Below are positions 10,990 to 20,883 of a stretch of DNA of 64,000 bases, in pieces. Numbering within the stretch: the stretch's first letter is position 1; each line of letters starts with the position of its first letter. The position numbers were made by a program, and so were the translations under genes. Origin of the DNA: an uncultured Actinomycetes bacterium (GTDB lineage Bacteria > Actinomycetota > Thermoleophilia > RBG-16-64-13); the NCBI GenBank assembly GCA_963816155.1, contig CAWFJE010000011.1:303373-367372 (forward strand), given 5' to 3'. A model generated the notes under the pieces. The model was not told the origin of the DNA. It saw nothing but the letters and a program-made list of their open reading frames with translations, and searched no databases.

Positions 10990-12042
10990 TCAATCTAGAT
11001 CCTTCCAATGGACGACCTGATCCTCAGTCATATCATCGGCAATCTTGCGCCCGACCACATAGCGCACTTCGTCGGGCCGGATCCCGGTACCGGGGCGTTT
11101 GGCATCCAGATCAGCCTCGGTGAGCACGTGCCCTCGCGGCAAGGGGCGGGCAGTGACGAGGCTCCGTCTCATTACGGTCCGCTTCTCGAACTCCGCTTGG
11201 CTCACCGTACGATGGCTGTTTCCCAGAGCGGTGAACACATCACGCCCCCCTTCGACGATGGCACGCAACTCGACGGTATCGGCAGAGATCGCGTGGTCCC
11301 AACCAGGCAGGTTCTTGTCGAGCGTGAAATGCTTCTCGATCACCGAGGCTCCCAAGGCGATCGCGGCCAGCGGAATGGCGGTCCCCAGAGTGTGATCGCT
11401 GAACCCTACCGGGACGTCGAAGGCCTGACGGAGCGTGGCCATGTTACGGAGATGAACTGTCTCCATGTCGGGAGGATAGACCGAGACGCAGTGGAGCAAG
11501 ACGATATCGTCGTTGCCCTCGCTTCGCGCGGTCTCGATGGCCTGGTCTATCTCAGCAAGCGTCGCCATTCCCGTGGCGATCATCAATGGACGTTTCGAAC
11601 TGGCTGCGTACCGCAATAGGGGGAGATTGATCACGTCCATGGAAGCGATCTTGATGAATGGGACGTCGAGCTCGTTCAGAAGGTCCACCTCATCCCTGGA
11701 AAATGCACTGGATGAGAACGCTGTGCCCCTCTTGAGGCAGTGTTCCCGCGCCTCGCGGTGCTGCTTGGGAGTGAACTGATAGGCCCGCACCATCTCGCGA
11801 AGGGAGCCGAAGTGCTTCTTCTTGTCCGAGTACTCCGTGTTCCTCTCGTACTCCTCGCGCGCAATCAGCGACGACTCGCTCCACGACTGGAATTTCACAG
11901 CGTCGGCTCCCGCAGATGCCGCCGCGTCGATCAATCGCCGACACAGGTCCATGTCACCGTTATAGTTGGACCCTATCTCAGCGATGACATACGGAGGCTT
12001 GTCGGTTCCGACCAGCGCACCACCCAACGCGACCGTCTTCAC
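10990..12042 (-). CDS. neuB: Nonulosonic-acid synthase (NeuB/LegI/PseI family, with C-terminal SAF domain)
   Basis: 'PPYVIAEIGSNYNGDMDLCRRLIDAAASAGADAVKFQSW', 'FIKIASMDVINLPLL', and a C-terminal SAF-like 'RRSLVTARPLPRGHVLTEADL'. The GTG at 12042 follows GGAAAGGAGAAG and overlaps the upstream TGA (GTGA). Confidence 0.85.
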   Translation of the reverse strand: MKTVALGGALVGTDKPPYVIAEIGSNYNGDMDLCRRLIDAAASAGADAVKFQSWSESSLIAREEYERNTEYSDKKKHFGSLREMVRAYQFTPKQHREAREHCLKRGTAFSSSAFSRDEVDLLNELDVPFIKIASMDVINLPLLRYAASSKRPLMIATGMATLAEIDQAIETARSEGNDDIVLLHCVSVYPPDMETVHLRNMATLRQAFDVPVGFSDHTLGTAIPLAAIALGASVIEKHFTLDKNLPGWDHAISADTVELRAIVEGGRDVFTALGNSHRTVSQAEFEKRTVMRRSLVTARPLPRGHVLTEADLDAKRPGTGIRPDEVRYVVGRKIADDMTEDQVVHWKDLD

Positions 12043-12956
12043 GGCTTCTCCTTTCCCGATTCCCACATACCCCGGAGCGACGGGCACGCGACCCATGACC
12101 ACCATATCGGCTCGATGACGAGAGCATTGAGTGCATCCGCATATTCCACGAGAAGGCCCGGTTCCAGGACGACGCGGCGGTAGAACCTGCCGGTGTCTTC
12201 GGCTGCCCTGTTCAGGGAGGCCACTCGCTCAGGAAGCGAGTGCCGGGGCAGCGCCGAGAGCAGCAATTCGTAGTGCTTGAGCACACGCTCGGTGTCGGCC
12301 TTGATCTGCTGCGAAGTATAGGGCGGCTTCACCTTGACCATGTTGGCGCCGTGTTGTCGATAGTCCATGCCGACCTCGTTGTCGAAAGCCATGCTGGCCC
12401 CGAGGAGCCACGCCCTCGTGGCCAGGTACCAGTCAACGAGGCTCACGGAGGGTGGGATGGGGAGGCACTGACGCAGGAGTTGTGTGCGGTAGGCGGAGTT
12501 GGAGAGTCCGAATACGTTACCGCGAGGCAGCACATCCTCGCACCTGGCTGCTGACGGCAGCGCAATTAAGCCACCGTGCGGTTCGCCGCGCTCATCCACG
12601 AGACGGAGAGCGCAGCCGACGAGTTGGCTCTTCTGGAGATGCCCGCGCGCCACAGCCACCCGGGTCGGGTGTAGCACGTCGTCGCTGTCCACGAGCACTA
12701 CGCTGTCATGAGAGAGGACGATCTGCTCCAGGGCCCGCTGTCTGATCTGAGCCGGGGTGTCCCCCTCCTCTCCCTGCACCCAGAACGCACCAGGGTCGCC
12801 GCCCATGGCCGACGTCACGGCATCAATACTGAGCTCATCGAGGCCCACCCAGAGCCGAAAGCCTCTATCGGTCTGGTCAATCAAGGACTCGTGCCACGAA
12901 CGTAAATAGCGCTCGCACCCGGGAAACATGGTTGTGTACAGAGCCAGAGTGGTCAA
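12039..12956 (-). CDS. Glycosyltransferase (GT-A/GT2-like)
   Basis: 305-aa intact ORF. N-terminal 'LALYTTMFPGCERYLRSWHESLIDQTDRGFRLWVGLDE' and 'VVLVDSDDVLHPTRV' (DxD-like) fit a GT-A fold. Confidence 0.55.
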   Translation of the reverse strand: MTTLALYTTMFPGCERYLRSWHESLIDQTDRGFRLWVGLDELSIDAVTSAMGGDPGAFWVQGEEGDTPAQIRQRALEQIVLSHDSVVLVDSDDVLHPTRVAVARGHLQKSQLVGCALRLVDERGEPHGGLIALPSAARCEDVLPRGNVFGLSNSAYRTQLLRQCLPIPPSVSLVDWYLATRAWLLGASMAFDNEVGMDYRQHGANMVKVKPPYTSQQIKADTERVLKHYELLLSALPRHSLPERVASLNRAAEDTGRFYRRVVLEPGLLVEYADALNALVIEPIWWSWVACPSLRGMWESGKEKP

Positions 12957-12969
12957 GCGACCTCCACGG

Positions 12970-13716
12970 TCAATGGCTCTGCTCGCGCTGCATTCTCAGC
13001 AGCAACTCGGCCATGACCCAATCGTCTTCTGTATCGATATCGACACCCCTGGTCCAGGGTATCTCCCAGCCTGTCTTGTCAGGAACGTGGTAGGTCCCTT
13101 GCGCGCGCAGAGTCTGCTCCGCAGCCCACCATATGGCACCAGTGGGGCAGAAAAGCTCCGGTAAGTCTTGGCTGCGCGCCGTCAGGGATTCCTCGAATAG
13201 GGGTGCAAGCCTAAGATCCTGGTCTCGCCTCATGGCCCACCAGGGATTTTGCCAACCGAAGCGCACCACCGACAGCTGCGAATCAGCGCCGGTCCGCACG
13301 AATTGCCTGTGGCTATCTGTGATGTCCGCGTCGGTGCGCAGGGGACAGTTGGGCATCAATTGGCACACGTGTTCAAACTGCCCGCCGAGAGAATCGAGCC
13401 GCTCCAAAACGTCCTTCGTCACGGCAGACACAGGCACGAAATCGTCGGCCAGCCGAGAGTCGCGCAAGAAGGGGACTTCGGCGCCAAAGCTGGTGGCGAC
13501 GGCTGCGATCTCTTCGCTGTCGGTGCTTACGATCACCCTCGCGAAGAGGGAACTCTTCAAAGCCGCCTCGATGGTGTGCGTGATGAGCGGGCGACCATCG
13601 AATTCCCTGATGTTCTTGCCGGGGACCCGCTTGGATCCACCCCGGGCCGGGATGACTGCGAGACAGGAGGAACTCTCCGTGCGGACGTCTGCATTCAGGT
13701 GCGAAGGCTCGGTCAC
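12970..13716 (-). CDS. neuA: CMP-nonulosonic-acid synthetase (acylneuraminate cytidylyltransferase family)
   Basis: 'CLAVIPARGGSKRVPGKNIREFDGRPLITHTIEAAL' is the CTP_transf_3 signature. The GTG at 13716 overlaps the TGA of the upstream acetyltransferase frame (GTGA). The tracked ORF extends to 13809. Confidence 0.8.
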   Translation of the reverse strand: MTEPSHLNADVRTESSSCLAVIPARGGSKRVPGKNIREFDGRPLITHTIEAALKSSLFARVIVSTDSEEIAAVATSFGAEVPFLRDSRLADDFVPVSAVTKDVLERLDSLGGQFEHVCQLMPNCPLRTDADITDSHRQFVRTGADSQLSVVRFGWQNPWWAMRRDQDLRLAPLFEESLTARSQDLPELFCPTGAIWWAAEQTLRAQGTYHVPDKTGWEIPWTRGVDIDTEDDWVMAELLLRMQREQSH

Positions 13717-14342
13717 TTGACTCTCCGGCACGGCGCGCCAGCATACACACCCGGAGTCGTGATATCCCGGGTGACCGTCGAACCGGCGCAGATGAGACAG
13801 TCGCCGCATATCGCGATGCCGTGTACGATGTTAGATCCGATGCCCACCATCGTGTTCGTGCCAATGGTCACCCCGCCGCTCAATGCCACGCCGGGGGCCA
13901 GATGTCACGTTGTCGCCCAGATGGCAGTCGTGCTCCACAGTGCTGCTGGTGTTCAAAATGCACAAGCGGCCGATCGTGGTTCCGGTGTTGACGACGACAC
14001 CGTCGAGAACGACCGTCCCGCCGGCGATGGACACGTCTTCGTTCACGATCGCGTGTGGCGAGACGATCACGGGGAACACCAAGCCGAGTGCCCCTACGCG
14101 CGAGCAGATCTGCAGCCTCGTCGCTGAGGCATCTACTTTTCCCACCCCGATCACCGCGTCAGATGGATCGTCGACCACAGCAAGCCTTAGGAGCGCATCA
14201 TCGCTCCCAGAGCCAGCTCGCCCCCAGGATGGTGCCCTGATCATCTGGATCGGTATAGCCCACGACTGGCTTCGACATTTTGTTCAGCAAGCTGATAAGG
14301 ACCTTTGCGTGCCCCCACCGCCAATGGCACGGTCCTAGACAT
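13713..14342 (-). pseudogene. NeuD/PglD-type hexapeptide-repeat N-acetyltransferase, multiply frameshifted
   Basis: Segments 'MSRTV..', '..HAKVLISLLNKMSKPVVGYTDPDDQGTILG', 'SDDALL..IVSPHAIVNEDVSIAGGTVVLDGVVVNTGTTIG..VEHDCHLGDNV' and 'HLAPGVALSGGVTIGTNTMVGIGSNIVHGIAICGDCLICAGSTVTRDI..' lie in different frames. One change is at a G5 run near 14310. Confidence 0.7.
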
Positions 14343-14651
14343 TGCCGGCTCCGTACTGAGCGCCAGAATCCCGAAGGAAGGCGTCTAGCGATCGCCCACC
14401 CGAGGAGCCTGCGGACCTATGCGATACTGAAGTGAGGAGTGACGGTAGCAATGTCACTTTCTAGCTGGCCTCGCAACGATTGTTTGTGCGGTTCTCCCCT
14501 GAATGCCAAGACAGCACGCGGACCGGCCCGTGACGTCGATCTAGTCGCGATTCTACCAGACCTCATTCGCCAATCGCGGGGTTGCGGTCTGTCGTCCCGA
14601 CCAACGATCCGACTTGATAGCGGCGCACCAAGCTGTCATCTTTGAAGTACT

Positions 14652-15365
14652 TTGAGGCGCGAGCACAGACGACTTCGACTGGACCGCAGAGTATCCGCTG
14701 ACATCATCCAGTGGGATATAGCGACTTGGAAGCCGGCCCTAGATTTCTGGCTGGGACGAACTGGGCGTCTTGACGGTAGTATCGCCCTCGAACTCGGCAC
14801 CCGCGATGGCGGTCTTTCGCTGTTCCTGGCACTGGTGGGATGCCGCGTAATATGCACGGATGTCAGCGGTCCAACGGAGGACGCGAAACAGCTTCACTTT
14901 GACTATGGGGTTCGGGACGCGATTTCTTACGAGTGCGTAGACATTCGTCACATTCCGTACCCTAACGACTGCTTCGACGTGGTGATACTCAAGTCGACAC
15001 TGGGCGCCCTGGGCAATGCTGGCACCCAGCTTGAGCCACAGTCGGATGCTGTAGCGGAGGTCCACCGTGTTCTGCGGCCGGGAGGAGTATTCCTCTTCGC
15101 CGAGAACATGGCAGGCTCGGCCGCGCACGCCTTACTGCGAAAGCACTTCGTGCCCTGGGGGCGTGAATGGCTGTACTTCACCGACGCGCAACTCAGGCAG
15201 CTGCTATCGGGTTTTCGTGAGGTCGACTTGCGCTTCAGCGGGTTCGCGTCTGCTTTCGGGCGACGTGAATGGCAACGAACGCTTCTCCACGGTCTCGACA
15301 GACTCCTTGTGCCCGTGCTACCTGAATCAGAGCGCTATGTCGTGTTCGGCTGCGCCCGGAAGTAG
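14652..15365 (+). CDS. Class I SAM-dependent methyltransferase
   Basis: 'IALELGTRDGGLSLFLALVGCRVICTDV' (motif I), 'FDVVILKSTL', and 'VLRPGGVFLFAEN' (motif III-like). Confidence 0.7.
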   Translation: MRREHRRLRLDRRVSADIIQWDIATWKPALDFWLGRTGRLDGSIALELGTRDGGLSLFLALVGCRVICTDVSGPTEDAKQLHFDYGVRDAISYECVDIRHIPYPNDCFDVVILKSTLGALGNAGTQLEPQSDAVAEVHRVLRPGGVFLFAENMAGSAAHALLRKHFVPWGREWLYFTDAQLRQLLSGFREVDLRFSGFASAFGRREWQRTLLHGLDRLLVPVLPESERYVVFGCARK

Positions 15366-15512
15366 GCCCCGATTGAGACGACGACCGGGCTCCAACGGGC
15401 AACGTGCATTTACGTTCCGTCCGGCCGCCGGTTTGAAGGTTGCTCCGATTGCCCGCGAGGACTAAGCTTGTCGACAGCGTTGCGTGGTCTATGAGGAGAG
15501 AGGGGCCCTAGA

Positions 15513-16890
15513 GTGGGTTGGATCCGGCGCCAGCTACTGTCAGCGTGGCCCCCCGACGTGAGGCACGTCCTGAGTCGGCTCCGCCAATGGCAGTTCCTTC
15601 CGGCTGAGCAGGCGGAGCACCTCCAACGGGCTCGCCTGACTGATCTACTCTACACTCATCACCACTCGACCACATACTACAGGGCTGTGCTCGGCGACGC
15701 CGGAGTCGTAGGCTCCGATGATGCTGTCAACCTGGCGAAGTTCGATCAGATCCCTCTCTTGGACAAGCCCCTCCTTCACAGGCACTACGAGAGACTGAAG
15801 TCGGTGGACCTCGAGCAAAGGCGTTGGTTGGAGAACTGGTCCGGTGGTTCCACCGCCGAACCCGCTCGCTTCATACAGGACCGGGAATTCGATTTCTGGG
15901 TCACGGCAACGAAGATGCTGTTCGACGAGTGGAGCGGCTGCAGACCAGGGGACCGCAAGATCCTTCTCTGGGGCTCAGACCGGGATATTGCCCACCAGAA
16001 GCATCGACTCCGCACAAGGGCTTACAGATGGCTTTCGAATGAGCGGTGGCTGAGGGCATTCGGCGGCCTTACTGACGAGGATATGCTGGCCCACGCCCGC
16101 GCCATCGACGCGTTCTGCCCGGCGCAGGTGCTTGCCTATGCCACGAGCGCCTATGACTTGGCCAGATGCCTGGAGCGCGCGAATGTCAAGATTAAACCGC
16201 CAGGTTCCATAATGACATCGGCCGGAACGCTCTATCCCCATATGAGGGAAGCTATAGAGACAGTGTTCGAAGCTCCCGTCTTCAATAGGTATGGCGGTCG
16301 AGAAGTCGGGGATGTCGCGTGCGACTGCGATCAACACAAAGGGCTCCATGTTATAGCCCCGTGGCAATACGTGGAGATCCTACTCTCGGACGGCACGCAC
16401 GCGCCCCCTGGCGAGGAAGGCGAGTTGGTAATAACAAATCTGTCTAACTACGCCATGCCTCTCATCCGATACCGGATCGGCGATATGGCTAGCTGGGCCA
16501 CGGAGCCATGTCCGTGTGGGAGAGCGTGGCCCCTTTTCGGCACAGGTATCCGGCCGGGTATCCGACGTCTTCTACACCAAGAGCGGCCGTGCCATACCAG
16601 GCGAGTCCTTCAGCCTCCTAATGCTCCACTCGCACGCCTGGGTGCGACGATACCAGTTCGTTCAGGAATCCCTTGAGGCGATTCAGGTCTTCCTCGAGAT
16701 CAGGCCCAACCAGCGAGATGAGGCTGGCAAGCAAGCTGAGCAACTCCGCTCGGAGATCATGACAGTCATGGGGCCGGGTTCTTCGGTCAGCATTCAATTC
16801 GTCGAGGAAATCCAGCCAACTCCTTCGGGCAAGTATCTCTATGCGATCTCAAGAGTACAGAATCCCAACGGCGCAGAACCCCGCTCATGA
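15513..16890 (+). pseudogene. CapK/PaaK-like adenylate-forming enzyme with one frameshift
   Basis: ORFs 15513..16676 and 16516..16890 join near ~16545 (..IRYRIGDMASWATEPCPCGRAWPLFGT | VSGRVSDVFYTKSGRAIPGE..). 'WSGGSTAEPARF' resembles the AMP-binding P-loop of this family. Confidence 0.6.
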
Positions 16891-18049
16891 GTGTGACGCT
16901 GGTCGTAGCGGGAGACCTGTGTGCGGCGGGAAGTCTCACCGAGCCGCTTTCCTCGTCAGGCGCCGGCAACCTGTGGAGGGAAATCGCCGAACTCAACAAG
17001 GCAGCGGACTTCGCGATCGTCAATCTCGAGTGCCCACTGACCGATCGCCCGCAACCTGTGCTCAAGTCTGGTCCGAGTCTCTGGGCGCCTAGCAGGTGCA
17101 TGTCGGGAATCAGCGCCGCGCGGTTCACGGCGGCCTGCCTGGCCAACAACCACATCATGGACGCGGGACCTCCAGGACTGTTCTGACACTCTGGAGACCT
17201 GCCGGTGAAGCGGGGGATGTTGACCGGTGGGCGCTGGCGAAGACGCGTCCGCTGCATGCGCACCGTTGCGCGTGACAGTCGACGGGCTCAGGCTTGGCGT
17301 ACTGGCAATCGCGGAGAACGAGTTCTCTACGACATTGGGTCCGCAACCCGGCGCCTGCCCGCTCGATACGATCGACAATGGCAGGCAGATCTCCGCCCTT
17401 CGGCGGGAGAGCGATTTCATCTTGGTGCTGCTGCATGGGGGGGCCGGAGGGTAACCCCTCCCCAGTCCACAGATGCAGAAGCGATGCCGCTATTTCGTCG
17501 ACATGGGCGCGGACGCCGTGATCTGCCAGCACCCACGTCTCTTCCGCCTACGAATTCTACAGGGACCGACCCATCGTCTACGGGCTGGGCAACCTCCTGT
17601 TTGACTGCCCTGATCAACCGGACCGCAGTTGGTTCATCGGCTACCTTGTACGCATCAACGTCTGTCCGCCGGCCACGCCGAAGATCGAGTTGCTCCCCTA
17701 CCGTCAGGAGCCCAAGGCTCCAACCCTTCAGCTGCTTCGGGGCACGGAGCACGAAGAGTTCCTGTCACACCTCACCGAGCTGAACGCCGTGATCAATGAC
17801 GCGGAAAAGCTCGCGGATAGCTGGTCCGCGTTCTGCTGGGCTAGACAGCAAGACCTCCTCGCATCACTTCTCTGCCTAACGCGCCTCGAGTCATGGCTCC
17901 TCGACCACAGGTTGCTCCCCGGTCTTCGATTCCGCCTCTCCCGTCGCCGCCTTGCCGCTCTGCGGAACCTCTTCTCGTGCGAGTCGCACGCCGAATCGTG
18001 TCAGACTCTGTTACGCACCATGCTCGCGAAGAGAAACGATGCCTTATAG
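16887..18049 (+). pseudogene. CapA-family (metallophosphatase-like capsule synthesis) gene with frameshifts and an in-frame TAA
   Basis: 'DFAIVNLECPLT..ACLANNHIMD', 'LRLGVLAIAENEF', 'ILVLLHGGAGG*PLPSPQMQKRCRYFVDMGADAVICQHP' (TAA 17452-17454 where Tyr is expected), then 'AYEFYRDRPIVYGLGNLLFD' in another frame. Confidence 0.7.
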
Positions 18050-19420
18050 CATCCCGGATTTGCTCCGTTTCCACACCTGCGCGCTGGGACGCCGAGGCGA
18101 GAACGCATGTGCAATTACGCCTGTCCTTCTGTGGGTCCCAGTTCGCAAGCGCGCGGTAACCGATACCACGATCAGAACACTTAGCAGGCTCCACCCTACC
18201 CTACCGTAGTAGCTTACGGCCCCCAGATCCGACACGAGCATCATGACGGCCACGGTCATGGCCCAAAACGTCTCGGCCGACACCCGTGCCTCCCTTGACC
18301 GGAAGAATGATCGCGCAAGACTCGTGATCAATGAGACGTGACCATCAGATACAGCCCGAACCCGATAGCCCCGTGATTGGCCAGAAGTTCCACATAGTTG
18401 TCGTGCGCATACATGCCCCAGCCAGACACCGAAGTGAGCTGGTGAACCCCCACCCGGTGAAAGGCCGCAGAACCCACAGGTGAACAGCGTCCTGCAACAA
18501 CTGACCGCGGATGAGAACGCCCGTATCGACTATCGCTGCCCGATCCACGATATTCGCAATATCAGCCAGGCGCTCGAACTTGGCGATTGATAGTCCCAGT
18601 ACCCAACGAGCGCCAGGACGCCTATCAAAGGTACCGACATGAGCACGCGTCGCCTTGGCGACTGTGTTCAGAGTATATACATGATGAAAGCGGCTACCGA
18701 TACCATCAGGATCACTAGTGTTTTCCTTGACCCACTCAAATATAGTATCCCGAAATACTAAGCCCAATAAATGCTATAACTAAAACAGTCTTCTTGGATA
18801 AGATTTTTCTTTCTGCTGCCCTAAGCAGCACATAGCGAAATCCCAAAAACATACCCACTATTAACAACCAAGCGTAAAGATTGGTATTCATCATAGTTGA
18901 AACATAACGACCATCTTCAGGAGTTTCACTCGGAGACGTATATATATACGAAGGTGCATATTATACCCACAGTATATCCCAACTCGATTGGAAAAATCTG
19001 CGCTCGTGACCCCGTAGTTAACTAATACTACTGATACGAGGAACAGCAGATAGAGTGCCACCAGCATATTTACAGAGCCAGGTGCCCATGACATTTGAAA
19101 AGTGCGAAGATCAGAAACAACAGGTACCATACGAGGGGAGCCGGCATATGAATCTTGCCGCCACGCAACAGCGCTCAGCAGCATAGACAGCGACCAGCAG
19201 TAGAATAGTGACGTCAGCAACCCTTTGAGTGGCGGGGTTCTGGTCGAAGAGAACGAAGAGTGATGCTACACAGACGAAGATTGCCAGTCCAGTGAGAGGC
19301 AGGGCGACCCTCTGCGCAGTCGAAGGGGTCTGAGTCGGTTCCGCCCGAGCTGGAAGCGTGCAACGGCTCATCTGGAGGTACGCTGCCCTCGGTTCTCCGG
19401 CCAGCGACTGTATCAACCGC
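18044..19420 (-). pseudogene. O-antigen ligase/polymerase (Wzy_C-like) membrane protein remnant, AT-rich
   Basis: Hydrophobic fragments sit in several frames (19111..19416, 18891..19220, 18345..18767, 18044..18331). 'PFTGWG' followed out-of-frame by 'AHDNYVELLANHGAIGFGLYL' matches the Wzy_C motif. Confidence 0.55.
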
Positions 19421-20569
19421 AGGTATGATCGCGCAGCCCGTCTCCGACGAGAGCGACGCGCTCAAGGGCAAGCTCAGATCGGTCGGGCGTCACATTGAGT
19501 TCGAACAACAGGGCCTTCGCAAAAGCTGCTCCGCGTCGCCTACCGGGGTGAGCGTTCCATAACAACCCGTGCCCGGACCGCACAAGTCGAGTATCTCGCG
19601 CGGTCCGCTGGGGCAGTCTGTAGAGACGACCCGGAGTCCGCACGCTAAGGCTTCCACAAGCGTGTTCGGAAAGCCCTCCCAAGAGGAGGAGCTCACATAG
19701 AGTCTGGAGCGAGCCATGAAGGAATACGGGTTTGGGGCAAAACCGGGTAGGCTGACACGCCCCCCGACTCCGAGTTCGCTAGCCAGGGATTCCAAACCGG
19801 CCCGTTCCTCTCCCCCTCCCCCAGAAGAATCGCCCGAAGCGGACTCTCACGCGAGGCAAGAGCGATGGCCCGTATGAGCAGGTCATACCGCTTCTGCTTG
19901 GTTAACCGGCCAACTGAGAGGATCACTGGTTCGCCACCGTCATGTAGCCACGGATGCTGTACCGCCTCCCGCTTCCTGTCATCGACCTCTCGATCGAACG
20001 TGGTATTGTAGACGTGCTCGACGATTCCCTGGGCAGTTCCCACGTTGACAAGATCATCGGCAACACCTTTGGACACCGCCACAACGGCGTCTGCGCGTGG
20101 GTAGAAACGCCGGGCCAGAGGGGAAGCATGCGGCCCTGGAGATCAGGTGCGTGGCTGGCCTCTACACTGATTGTGTTCGCCTCGCGCAGAATGAATCGTG
20201 TCCTTGATACCGGCGAGCCTATAGCGACCCATACTGAGAGAATATTGGCGTGGGTCAGCGTGGAGAGGAGAACATCGGGTGTTTCGGCCCTGAGGTATCG
20301 GAGCAAGGGTCCGAAGCAGGTGATAACGCGCCCGGCGCCCAGATCGATCAGGCGCATCTCGTCCGGTACCCACTCCAGATCCTCCCCCCGGGCGTCAGCG
20401 GCTGAAGGTCAACCTGCAGACCCGCCTGCGCGAAACCAAGAGCAAGCCGTCTGAAGACCTTTTCCGCCCCGCCCCCAGAAAGGTGCGGAATGAACAGAGC
20501 CACCCGCCGGGCTTGGGCCGCTTTGACGGGTGCATTCGAAGAGACTGCTACCGGCTCGTCCATAGGCAT
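19413..20569 (-). pseudogene. GT4-family glycosyltransferase, multiply frameshifted
   Basis: 'RVALFIPHLSGGGAEKVF', 'PVILSVGRLTKQKRYDLLIRAIA', 'RVSLPGFAPNPYSFMARSRLYVSSSSWEGFPNTLVEALACGLRVVSTDCPSGPREIL' are spread over 4 overlapping ORFs in different frames. Confidence 0.7.
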
Positions 20570-20883
20570 CTTGAGTTGATGATCAGCGGCGAACGCGGAG
20601 CACGACTTGTGGGAGGAAATATAACAGACGTGGGCCGTAAAACCGTTCTCGAAGCAAGGGGCTGCCTTCTAGAGTGTAAACTGACGTCGTGGTTCCTAGA
20701 GTAAGCAGTCACTTTAGGGACGCGTTCCTACTGCCGACCAACGTGGATAGACCACCATTCTCAAGGAGTGGCCACTCATGGAGCATCCCAACCCGATGCC
20801 GCGAGCCATAGACGGTTGTTGATCATGGGCGCGAGCGGAGACACTTCGCCAGCTCCCGAGAGCTGCCCCGGCACGGAGCGGGT

